The notes under the pieces were generated by a model. The model saw nothing but the letters and a program-made list of their open reading frames with translations. It made no database searches and had not been told where the DNA came from. A DNA stretch of 37,720 nt, taken from NCBI GenBank assembly GCA_965370265.1, contig CBDUSL010000003.1, positions 1-37,720 on the forward strand. The letters are read 5' to 3'. Shown here piece by piece: positions 27,059 through 35,583 of this stretch. Each line of letters begins with the position of its first letter. Positions within the stretch are counted from its first letter, which is position 1. A program made the position numbers and the translations under genes. This stretch comes from an uncultured bacterium. Its GTDB lineage: Bacteria > Patescibacteriota > Patescibacteriia > JAXHNJ01.

Positions 27059-28789
27059 CTACTGTACGATGCCATCCTCGACTGTTAAGGTATTACTGCA
27101 AGTAACCTGATTTGCCGTGTCAACAACACATATGGAGTAGAAGTGCGTACCATCTGTCAGGTCCACTTCGGCATCTCGGGTATCGACGTAATTTACGGTA
27201 CTTGCACTAGAGATCGCTTTGAGGTGTCCGTCGGCCGGATAGGTGGGTGTGGCATCAGTTTTTGACCAGACAACTTTATAATACTTAAAATCTAATTCCT
27301 CCGATTTTGTCCATGAAAGGGTGACCTCGCCCGAACTAATTGATCCAGAGAGTGTTACAGCACTGGGTGCATCATTTTCATTGATTGCAGTAAGCTGTAC
27401 AACATTACTGCAGATAGTTTCGTCGCCAACTGCGCAGATCCGGTAGTAATAACTTGTTTCGCTTATCGCTGATGAATCTCGATAACTGGTGCCACTCTTG
27501 CCTATTGCAGCGATGTATCCGTCATCGGGGTACAGAAGATCGGCGTTTGTTTTTGAACGAACCACTTTATAATACTTAAATCCTGCCATAGTTGAAACAT
27601 CTGTCCACCAGATACCAACCCCAGTTTCTTCTGCTTTAGCGGACATTGTAAGAGAGATCTCTGTTGATGATGTGTCTGGAGCCGTTACCGTAATATCATT
27701 TGAATAAACCCCACATTCAGATCCCAGGTATTGGCAAACTCGAAAATGCCAGGTTTTGCCGTCTTTTAATTCCCAGTGGTAGCTCTTGTTTTCCTCTTTG
27801 TTTAAGTAGACATAATATGAACCTGGGTAAACCGGATTTTCTCCCAAGCTTCTTACAACTTTATATCCCTTACTAGTATCAAGACCGGTAGCCGTCCATG
27901 AGAGGCTCACACCTGTGCTACTGGCAGAACCGGTCAAAACAATACTGCCTGTTTCTTCAGTTGAGGTGTTGGTATTTGAATTTGTTTCTTCTCCAGTATT
28001 ATCTTCTTCCTCTTCTTCTTTATTTTCAAAATCAAGAAAGCCTAGCTCTTTCTTACCGGTTTCATCTTGGCCCTTGTTCCACATTACAAATTCTTTATTT
28101 TTTACTTCTTCTTGGGTCATCTCTCTCACTTGCTTAACTTCTTCGGGCCGGTTTTCGTTTTCAACGTAATATTTTTTGCCTTCTTCAACGGTTACTGTTT
28201 CCTGGTTTTGAATCTTTACTTTTACACTACTTTCATAAACCTCTATTCCTTTTTCTGTTTCTTTGTTGATGGTGTTGTAGGCCGTACCCACTGCCTCATA
28301 AGAAGTGTCTTCAGCTTCAACAGTATAGGTTCGGCTTGCTTTAGTTACCCTTGAATAAACCTCTCCGTTTTCGTTTACAATCACGATATCATTGGGGTCC
28401 ATGCTTTTTAGGGTAATTTTTGTGTCATTATTTATTCTTATGGCACTACCGTCATCCAAGTTAATTATAGCCCTACCCTCGCCGACAATTTCTACGGAGT
28501 AGCCTTCGAATAAATCATCGCTTAATTCAGCTTTTATCCATTCTCCGTTTACTTCTTTGTATTCCACGGCTCCTTCCAGATAAGAAAAGGCAGCTCCGAT
28601 ATCAACGGTTTTATCTTCGACAACTGTATTGGTGCTAACGGTCTCTTCCTGAAAATATAGGCGGTATACGGCGTATCCACCCAATAGAATAATAAGAATG
28701 ATCAAAATGATTATGAGAGGTTTATAAGATGTTTTTTTAGTTTCAGGTTTATTGTCCTGAATGGGCGTTGTTTGATTTTGTTCTTCCAT
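27059..28789 (-). CDS. Membrane-anchored surface protein: FecR-like domain plus three FN3-like repeats
   Basis: Start moved to ATG 28789 (MEEQNQ); single TM; GRAIINLDDGSAIRINNDT...AVGTAY...VYESSVKV (FecR-like); three YKVV(R/W)S....P.YP repeats. Confidence 0.7.
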   Translation of the reverse strand: MEEQNQTTPIQDNKPETKKTSYKPLIIILIILIILLGGYAVYRLYFQEETVSTNTVVEDKTVDIGAAFSYLEGAVEYKEVNGEWIKAELSDDLFEGYSVEIVGEGRAIINLDDGSAIRINNDTKITLKSMDPNDIVIVNENGEVYSRVTKASRTYTVEAEDTSYEAVGTAYNTINKETEKGIEVYESSVKVKIQNQETVTVEEGKKYYVENENRPEEVKQVREMTQEEVKNKEFVMWNKGQDETGKKELGFLDFENKEEEEEDNTGEETNSNTNTSTEETGSIVLTGSASSTGVSLSWTATGLDTSKGYKVVRSLGENPVYPGSYYVYLNKEENKSYHWELKDGKTWHFRVCQYLGSECGVYSNDITVTAPDTSSTEISLTMSAKAEETGVGIWWTDVSTMAGFKYYKVVRSKTNADLLYPDDGYIAAIGKSGTSYRDSSAISETSYYYRICAVGDETICSNVVQLTAINENDAPSAVTLSGSISSGEVTLSWTKSEELDFKYYKVVWSKTDATPTYPADGHLKAISSASTVNYVDTRDAEVDLTDGTHFYSICVVDTANQVTCSNTLTVEDGIVQ

Positions 28790-28877
28790 AATAATTGTTT
28801 TAGTTAATAAAAAGAGGCGCAAAATTTACCTCCTTATTTAATTCTATAATAAAAATGTTTATTTGGCAATTTATTCT

Positions 28878-29342
28878 TCAATCAATTTTCCACTGATATT
28901 TTTTTTCTTTTTTCTTGAGTTTATTAATGTCACATTTAAAACATAAACCATTATGACAGCAAATAAAAGAGCCGCATTTTTGGCAGGTCCATTTTTTCTT
29001 TTGCCAAGTAATAAATTTCTTTAATCCGTGTTTTTTTATGTATTTGTTATTTTCTATCATACTCATATGGAATTTTTCCTGATAGCGTTTATCAAGTTTT
29101 TCAAGAGCTAGGCAAGGCATTTTTTTACACTTAAAACAAGAATCCAATTTTTTATTTTTATAGAAAGAACACCTTTTCTTAATAAAAGCACAATTTTTAT
29201 TTCTTATCCGACAACCAGAACAGTAGGGCATCTTCACTCCTTTGGTTTTTACGTTATGTTTTTTGGCCAAGTAACCAGAACAAAGGGCGCAAAACATGCC
29301 ACAGGGAGCAACAAGGATTTTTTCTAACTTTTTTTTCATCAT
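28878..29342 (-). CDS. DUF3795-like Cys-rich (Fe-S/Zn) protein
   Basis: APCGMFCALC, CSGCR, CFKCKKMPC..L, C-terminal CQKC..CCH..CFKC. Confidence 0.75.
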   Translation of the reverse strand: MMKKKLEKILVAPCGMFCALCSGYLAKKHNVKTKGVKMPYCSGCRIRNKNCAFIKKRCSFYKNKKLDSCFKCKKMPCLALEKLDKRYQEKFHMSMIENNKYIKKHGLKKFITWQKKKWTCQKCGSFICCHNGLCFKCDINKLKKKEKKYQWKID

Positions 29343-29402
29343 TATTATTATACCAAAAAACCTAAAAAGAAATTTTCTCTAAGGGTGGTTTATAGTATTT
29401 GT

Positions 29403-29765
29403 TTATTTACCTATTACTGTATTAATTTTTTCTAACAGTTCTGTTAGGTGAATATCGTCTTTTCTGACAAAATCACTGGCTCCGAGAAGCCTGGCTTTCT
29501 TTTCCACGTCTTCTTGGTTTAGGCTAGTTAAGACAATAACCGGAATTTCCACTGTAGGCTTTAAATTTTTTAATACCTCATAGCCGTCCATAACCGGCAG
29601 CATTATATCGAGTAAAATAAGATCAGGCTGGAATTTATCCACCATATCTAATCCAGTCTGGCCGTCCTCAGCGGTTTCAACCTCAAAATTTGCCTTCTCA
29701 AGCATAGATTTAAACATAAAAAGAAGAGATTTTTCATCTTCGATAACTAATACTTTGGTGGCCAT
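29403..29765 (-). CDS. Single-domain response regulator (CheY-like)
   Basis: VLVIEDE, PDLILLDIMLP.MDG (phospho-Asp), VLTS, conserved Lys; no output domain. Confidence 0.93.
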   Translation of the reverse strand: MATKVLVIEDEKSLLFMFKSMLEKANFEVETAEDGQTGLDMVDKFQPDLILLDIMLPVMDGYEVLKNLKPTVEIPVIVLTSLNQEDVEKKARLLGASDFVRKDDIHLTELLEKINTVIGK

Positions 29766-29902
29766 AGGTTTTATTTATAATTATTAGGTATTTATATCTT
29801 AATACTTTCAACAAAAAATGGCAAGATGAGTAATAATTTCCGGTAATTACTTAAGATTTGCTAATTTCCTTGGTTACTTTTTGTGTGTTACCGAATTTGG
29901 AA

Positions 29903-30451
29903 TCAAAAACGATCAGTATTTTTATATTTTTTGCATTTTATAGGCAAAAACATAGGTACTTTTTTGATATATTCTTCATATTCTTGCCCGAATCTGGCAA
30001 TAAGCAATTTTTCTTCAAATTTTGATATTTTGTAATAAAAGATAATTATTATCACCCAGATTAAAATTGAATAAAATGAAAAAGTGAAAATTATTAATCC
30101 CAAGTCAAGAAGAATCACGCTTAAATATATAGGATGTCGGATAATAGAAAAAACACCTGTGTTAATAATTTTTGGCTCTTCTATTTTTCCTCCAAAAACT
30201 GTTTTTAAACCGGAGTAAGCCAAATATCCGGAAATAATGAGAAACAAACCAGCCAAAGAGATTCTTATTATTGGAGAAATATTATTAGTTAAAAAGGATG
30301 ACCATTTAAAAATAAATGAATCCATAATCCAAACTGTTAGAAAAATGATCAATAAAATAAGTTGCCCCATGTCACCCCATTTATGTTCACCGGTTAGGTC
30401 TTTCCGGTGCCGGTGAGCGTGGGATTTTCTTAGGTAATTTTGGTTATCCAT
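29903..30451 (-). CDS. Isoprenylcysteine carboxyl methyltransferase / PEMT family membrane protein
   Basis: TGVFSIIRHPIY, EEKLLIARFGQEYEEY..KVPMFLP. Confidence 0.88.
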   Translation of the reverse strand: MDNQNYLRKSHAHRHRKDLTGEHKWGDMGQLILLIIFLTVWIMDSFIFKWSSFLTNNISPIIRISLAGLFLIISGYLAYSGLKTVFGGKIEEPKIINTGVFSIIRHPIYLSVILLDLGLIIFTFSFYSILIWVIIIIFYYKISKFEEKLLIARFGQEYEEYIKKVPMFLPIKCKKYKNTDRF

Positions 30452-30462
30452 TTTTTTTATAA

Positions 30463-30726
30463 TTATTTATCTTTCCAAGCCCACCAGTATAAAAGTTCAG
30501 GATTATGGACTTTATGTGAGGCGTAATAAATAGCCATTCGGAGAACATAAAGAAAACAACGATCAATTTTTTCTCCTTTGGCATTACATATTTTTACGTA
30601 TAACTTATCTGGATCTTTATTTTTTAAATCTTTTACAGAGTGAATACCAGTGGCGTATAAATAGGGAGCAGACCTTTTTCCAATAAAGGGAATTGTTTGT
30701 AGTTCCTTTAAGCTTTCTTTTTTCAT
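30463..30726 (-). CDS. Helix-hairpin-helix protein, Cdd1 / 'pathogenicity locus' family
   Basis: LQTIPFIG, GI.SVKDLKNKDP..LY, DRC.LYVLR.A.YYA, WWAWKD. Start moved to ATG 30726 because the longer ORF overlaps the tRNA. Confidence 0.8.
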   Translation of the reverse strand: MKKESLKELQTIPFIGKRSAPYLYATGIHSVKDLKNKDPDKLYVKICNAKGEKIDRCFLYVLRMAIYYASHKVHNPELLYWWAWKDK

Positions 30727-30732
30727 AAGATT

Positions 30733-30821
30733 TGGCGGTGGGTGCAGGACTCGAACCTGCAAGCCCCGTGAGGGGCGCCGCTTTTCGAGAGCGGTGCCTT
30801 ACCAATTCGGCGCAACCCACC
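30733..30821 (-). tRNA. tRNA-Ser(CGA)
   Basis: Acceptor GGTGGGT/ACCCACC, G73, encoded CCA; anticodon arm CCGCT-CTCGAAA-AGCGG; long variable arm GCCCC-TCAC-GGGGC; T arm GCAGG-TTCGAGT-CCTGC. Confidence 0.96.
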
Positions 30822-30876
30822 TAAACATGCTAACTATAATAAGTTAATGTTATCATCAGAACGATATTTTCTCAAA

Positions 30877-30922
30877 TAAAAAAAGGTCGCGCTAAACGAG
30901 CTGAGCTCGATGAGGCGCGACC
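30877..30922 (-). terminator. Intrinsic terminator of pfkB
   Basis: GGTCGCGC...GCGCGACC stem with inner CGAGC/GCTCG, followed by a T run on the minus strand. Confidence 0.7.
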
Positions 30923-30927
30923 ATATT

Positions 30928-31905
30928 TTAAGTAACAGACTTGAGTCCGTTTTGGAACTCTTCGTAAGTAGGAAGATTTGATCCTCCGGGTTTAGTCACT
31001 TTAAGTCCGGCAAAAACCCGAGCCCAAAGGAGACATTCTTCCAGGTCTAGGCCGTTAAGTACGGCGGCCACGAAAGCGCTGGTGAAGGCATCCCCGGTAC
31101 CGGTGGAACTAACCGGTTTGCCTAAGGTGATTGCTTCTCTTCTAGAGTTAATGTCTGCCCCAGAAAAAATCATACCATGGAGGTTTAAAGTAACAATAAC
31201 GAAAGGAATGCCAATTTCATGCAGGAAAAGAACATCTTCTCGGCGAATATCCCCTTCTTTCATTCCTTTTCCCATACAAAGAGCCAACTCCTCGTGATTA
31301 ATAATCAGTAGATCAATTCCTTTAATTGTTTTTAAAGGAATATTTTTGATCAACTCTGGCCTTGGGTTAAGGATGCGGAAAGACGATTTCGCTTCAAATA
31401 AAGCGTGGACCAAAGGCAGGTCTTTATCAGTGACACCACTGGCGATAACAATCTGTGGCTGACATAAACTAACCTGTTTTTTAAGGTCTTCTGTGGCTTC
31501 ATCTGTTTTTATCAGAGTTCCTTTGGTTGAAAGAGTTAGGTTACCGCCCTCATCTTTTCCCTCTGAATCGATAATTAAGGTAGAGACTGAAGTATCATCA
31601 TAAACAGGAAGGGGGTGAAAATCAATCCCAAGACCAGAAACATGAGACTGAAGATAGGCGTTGTGGGGCTCATTAGGATTTTCTGAAACACAGCCCAGAA
31701 GTTTAACTGTCTTCTCAAATACATTGGTCAGAGCAAGGGCGATATTTAATGAAGTTCCTGAAACCCTTCTTTTTAGGGAAACGGGAGTTTTTGAAAGCCC
31801 ACTGTTAATTGGGCCAATCTTAGTTTCTTCAATACAGACCGAGGGGGCGACTAATACATCCCATCCGTTATGTCCGTCTATACCAAAAAGCTGCCTAACG
31901 TTCAT
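30928..31905 (-). CDS. PfkB/ribokinase family carbohydrate kinase
   Basis: GTSLNIALAL, ILNP, INHEE, VTL..HG, SSTGTGDAF. SD GGAGG 7 nt before ATG 31905; TTGACA-N17-TAAGGT at 31951..31979. Confidence 0.88.
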   Translation of the reverse strand: MNVRQLFGIDGHNGWDVLVAPSVCIEETKIGPINSGLSKTPVSLKRRVSGTSLNIALALTNVFEKTVKLLGCVSENPNEPHNAYLQSHVSGLGIDFHPLPVYDDTSVSTLIIDSEGKDEGGNLTLSTKGTLIKTDEATEDLKKQVSLCQPQIVIASGVTDKDLPLVHALFEAKSSFRILNPRPELIKNIPLKTIKGIDLLIINHEELALCMGKGMKEGDIRREDVLFLHEIGIPFVIVTLNLHGMIFSGADINSRREAITLGKPVSSTGTGDAFTSAFVAAVLNGLDLEECLLWARVFAGLKVTKPGGSNLPTYEEFQNGLKSVT

Positions 31906-32067
31906 CAAAATACCTCCATTTTTTGCTACAAGTTAAAAGAACATAAAATCACCTTAATGAATAAATGCCATCTTGTCAACAAAATTATCACCAGTTATTA
32001 ATAGTTGTCTATTGTTTGGTTTAGTGATAGAATAATTCTACCTAAATATTTAAATATTTTAATAATA

Positions 32068-33225
32068 ATGAGTGAATTGAAGGGAAAAAGAGTTTTAATA
32101 TTTACCGGCGGGGGACTGGCACCAGCTTTAAACCCCACTCTTTATGGTATTATTAGGGAAGCCCAAAGACAGAGAATGAAAATATTAGGCGGTCTTTTTG
32201 GCTGGGCTTGTTTGAAGGAGAATGGTAAAGCAATTAATTTAACTAACTTTAACCCCCTTCCTCTTAAAGATATCGGCGGGACTTTTTTACGCTCTAGCCG
32301 GACAAATCCAATGGGCGAAAAAAACGGCCTTAAGATAGTTAAAGAGAAATTAAAAGAGTACAAAGCGGATTATGTAATCGCCATCGGTGGTGATGACACT
32401 CTTGGAGCAGCCAATAAATTATTTAAAAAGGAAGGTATAAAAATTGTTGGCGTGCCAAAAACAATTGATAATGATTTACACGGCACTTACTGGTCTCCGG
32501 GCTTTCCTTCGGCGGCTTATTACACGGCTAAATTTTGTGAGGAAATAAAGATAGATGCAGCTTATACTCTTTCTCGGGTATTTATAATTGAAGTACTGGG
32601 GCGCAAATCAGGCTGGCTAGCAGCCGCTTCTTGCTATGGTTCTGCGGATGTTATTATTCCTCCGGAGAAGAAAGTAAAGGTTAATGACGTTTTAAACTTA
32701 ATTGAAAAAAGATATAGAGAGAACGGAAATTTTGCTACTGTCGTTCTTTCAGAAGAGGCAAATTTTGATAAAATTAATGGCCTAAATCAAAATCAGAATG
32801 ATACCTTTAAAGTAAAGAGAAAAAGCTATGTTGCTCTTGGGTTAAAGAATGAAGTGACAGAAAAACTAGGATTAAATTGTAAGGCATTATTCCCGGGTAA
32901 TTTTATGCAGACGGGATCGCCTATTAAGATAGATGCCACTACCGCCTGCAGTCTTGGCCATCATACTGTTAGTATGTTAAAGGAAGAAAAGTTTGGTCAA
33001 ATGGCCAGAATTGAAAGAAGAAAAAATCCGGATTCAATCCAGATTTCTGACATACCTTTAGAAAAAGCAGTTGATAAAGTTAAGCTATTGAATGATAATT
33101 ATTTTAATTTTGAAAAATATCGGGTAAAAAATAAATTTCTTGATTATATGGCCCCTATTCTTGGAAAGTTTAAAGAGAAACATCATCGCTATCATAAACT
33201 AATGCAGAAAATTGCAAAGTATTAA
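32068..33225 (+). CDS. PfkA-family 6-phosphofructokinase, PPi-type signature, divergent
   Basis: TGGG..P.LN, GGT.L.SSRTNP, IGGDDTL, GVPKTIDND, EVLGRKSGW. Start moved to ATG 32068. Confidence 0.88.
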   Translation: MSELKGKRVLIFTGGGLAPALNPTLYGIIREAQRQRMKILGGLFGWACLKENGKAINLTNFNPLPLKDIGGTFLRSSRTNPMGEKNGLKIVKEKLKEYKADYVIAIGGDDTLGAANKLFKKEGIKIVGVPKTIDNDLHGTYWSPGFPSAAYYTAKFCEEIKIDAAYTLSRVFIIEVLGRKSGWLAAASCYGSADVIIPPEKKVKVNDVLNLIEKRYRENGNFATVVLSEEANFDKINGLNQNQNDTFKVKRKSYVALGLKNEVTEKLGLNCKALFPGNFMQTGSPIKIDATTACSLGHHTVSMLKEEKFGQMARIERRKNPDSIQISDIPLEKAVDKVKLLNDNYFNFEKYRVKNKFLDYMAPILGKFKEKHHRYHKLMQKIAKY

Positions 33226-33234
33226 TTAAAAAAA

Positions 33235-33314
33235 TCCCTGGTTATTGAGTTGGGGTCCCGGTCACGTAGTGACCAGGGATAAAAAAATAAGGCGCTTCGT
33301 AGTCAAAGCGCCTT
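33235..33314. terminator. Two hairpins between convergent genes
   Basis: ATCCCTGGTTATTG...TAGTGACCAGGGAT and AAGGCGCTT-N8-AAGCGCCTT, each preceded by an A run. Confidence 0.6.
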
Positions 33315-33321
33315 TAAGGTA

Positions 33322-34323
33322 CTAGGAGACGGCTTTTAAAAGCCGGGATTTAAGTTCGGCTATCACCTTTTTGGGAAGAGGTTTGTCCTGAAAGTGTGAA
33401 TCAGCGAAGAAATCCCTGAGCTCGTCTTTGGTTATCAGACCTTTATAGCCGTAAAAACAGGCAATTTCTCTAAGGTCATAAACGTCGGTAAATTCGAGTT
33501 TTTTGATAATGGGAATATCTTCATTGGTAGCGGTAATGAAAGTTCTAACCAGTCGGTTTTTGAACTTTTCGAGAGTGCTTTCCAGCTTGATTCTTTTCAG
33601 GTAGCGGATGATTTCGTTTTCGTAGACCTTGTAGTACTGCGGTTTAAGCCGGCAAAGCTGAACAAGGAAGACGATCATGACACCGAGTTTGGAGTAATGG
33701 CGAAAAATGCCGATTTTGCGGGTAATAGGGTCTTCTGGTTCAGGAATTTCGAGCAGGTAGTGCGAGCCCACCTTGATTTTCGGGGGGACAAGATCCACAT
33801 AAATAGCCTTCTGGCCATCCGAGCTTACGAAATTCCTGGGAATCAGATCAATGCCGACCGACATTCGGTCGCCTTTGTCAGCCTTCATAAGGTTGCCTAG
33901 ACAGTGAAACGAGAGTCTCATATTCTCGACAATTTCCTTCTCGGACTTAGCGCCTCGCACACTTCTTTCCAGACTCTCGCCCATAAAAGGACTAATGTGG
34001 ATGACAAGAAGTCGGCCGTCAAAAGGCAGAAGAACAAATCCCTTGTCGGGAGGAAGACAGACATTTAGCTTGCGAAGTTTTTCACAGTAAGCAAGAACAT
34101 GTCCGACAAAGGTAGTTGCTTCTCCAGTCGGGAGCTTTCTTTTCTCGAAGTAAATTTTAAGTACCTGAGAAGAACCATCAGGGTGTTTTGCTTGAAAAAC
34201 ATAGCTGTTGTGTGAATCAAGAAAAGTTCTCTGAGTAATGTAGCGGATGCCAAGAATTTCTACTTCCATACCTTCTTCAATTTTTCCAAAGAAACTGTTT
34301 TTTTTCTTTTTATTCTTAGTCAT
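33322..34323 (-). CDS. Hypothetical protein with protein-kinase-like fold motifs
   Basis: QVLKIY (beta3 Lys), GIDLIPRNF (DxxxxN), YVDLVPP (DFG-equivalent Asp); SD-like GGGGGA upstream. Confidence 0.6.
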   Translation of the reverse strand: MTKNKKKKNSFFGKIEEGMEVEILGIRYITQRTFLDSHNSYVFQAKHPDGSSQVLKIYFEKRKLPTGEATTFVGHVLAYCEKLRKLNVCLPPDKGFVLLPFDGRLLVIHISPFMGESLERSVRGAKSEKEIVENMRLSFHCLGNLMKADKGDRMSVGIDLIPRNFVSSDGQKAIYVDLVPPKIKVGSHYLLEIPEPEDPITRKIGIFRHYSKLGVMIVFLVQLCRLKPQYYKVYENEIIRYLKRIKLESTLEKFKNRLVRTFITATNEDIPIIKKLEFTDVYDLREIACFYGYKGLITKDELRDFFADSHFQDKPLPKKVIAELKSRLLKAVS

Positions 34324-34431
34324 TGTTTGATCCCCCGTGATTGTAGTTTGATAATTGTGCCAATGAAATAATGAAAGGAACTTATATATTTTTCAATAAT
34401 TTCCATAATTGAAAAATACATTTTTCCCTTA

Positions 34432-35268
34432 TTATTTATTCCATTCTTTAAGAACTTCCTTATAAATCTCCGGCGTAGAAACATCAAACCATTGGCCCTC
34501 AAAGAGATAGCCATAAAGCCTACCTTCTTCAACTAATTTCGGAAAAACATCTTTTTCCAGCATGGAATATCCTTTTTTAGGAATGTAGTTTAAAATTTGC
34601 GGATCACAAATAAAAAGTCCGGCATTAATAAGATGTGAGATTCTTTTTCCTTTTTCCGGTTTTTCTGTAAACTTTACAATCTTGTTACCATGTAGTCTGA
34701 CTACACCGAATTCATAAGGCTTGTCGCAGGAAGTTAAGGCCATGGTGGTCAAGCCGTTATGAGTTTGATGAAAATCAATTAAATCAAACAGGTCTATTTC
34801 AATCAATGTGTCTCCATACAAAAGAATAAAAGTTTTATTATTGATAAAATCTTTGGCTCGAAGCAGGGCGGTTCCTGTACCATTTTCTTTTCTTTCTTCT
34901 GTGTATGATATGTTTACCCCGAAACGAGAGCCATTTCCAAAATGGGATTTAATTTTTTCGCCCAAATATCCAATCACAATATGAATTTCCCTAATATTAT
35001 TTTCTTTTAAAAGTTCAATAGTGTATTCGAGAATTGGTTTATTTTTAACAGGAATCAGGGTTTTTGGCATTTCATAAGTAAACGGACGCATCTTTATGCC
35101 TCGTCCTCCCGCTAAAATAACCGCCTTTTTAATTTTAGGGGAGAGGGTCTGGGAGAGAAGATATTCAATAGCGTGGGAACGATTACGGATTCTTGCGCCA
35201 TCAACCACCTTATCGATTTCCAGCAATAATTCTTTTTTTAGAGTAATGGTAAGTCTTTTTCTATCCAT
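34432..35268 (-). CDS. NikR/CopG-type ribbon-helix-helix domain fused to sugar-phosphate nucleotidyltransferase domain
   Basis: N-term RKRLTITLKKELL.EID......NRSHAIEYLL; then AVILAGGRGIKMRPFT..PK.L, GTG.AL, YGD, FTEKP, INAG, WFDVSTPE. Confidence 0.88.
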   Translation of the reverse strand: MDRKRLTITLKKELLLEIDKVVDGARIRNRSHAIEYLLSQTLSPKIKKAVILAGGRGIKMRPFTYEMPKTLIPVKNKPILEYTIELLKENNIREIHIVIGYLGEKIKSHFGNGSRFGVNISYTEERKENGTGTALLRAKDFINNKTFILLYGDTLIEIDLFDLIDFHQTHNGLTTMALTSCDKPYEFGVVRLHGNKIVKFTEKPEKGKRISHLINAGLFICDPQILNYIPKKGYSMLEKDVFPKLVEEGRLYGYLFEGQWFDVSTPEIYKEVLKEWNK

Positions 35269-35304
35269 ATATTAAAATAAATAAAATAAGTAAATAGTCA
35301 ATTA

Positions 35305-35350
35305 ATCATACATTGTCATATATTGTATGATAATATTAATATTTAGTCAA
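35305..35350 (-). promoter_or_regulatory. sigma70 promoter overlapped by a palindromic candidate operator
   Basis: Minus strand TTGACT(35345-50)-N17-TACAAT(35322-27); inverted repeat ATCATACA(35305-12)-N11-TGTATGAT(35324-31). Confidence 0.75.
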
Positions 35351-35583
35351 TAGTTATATGTGGATAAAAAAATGGCTAATATCAGGTAAAAAAGTATAAC
35401 AAATAAGTCAAAAAGAGTATTTTATGTTATTATATTATTGTTATACAAGTAAAAAGACAAAAAATATTTCTTACAAGCAGGAAAAGGGTTACGCAATTCC
35501 TTCTGAACTGCCGACTTTAAGTGGTTCAGTAATGATTATTTGAAGAAAGAGTTTAGGAAAAAATAAATTGATTTATTAAAAAC

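Noticed and set aside
30617-30820. ORFs overlapping the tRNA, including the 5' extension of 30463..30762
   Set aside because: The sequence is a full tRNA-Ser cloverleaf; the real CDS begins at 30726.
32961-32977. TCATAC-N5-GTATGT resembling the RHH operator
   Set aside because: Inside the PFK coding region, with different spacing and an imperfect half-site.
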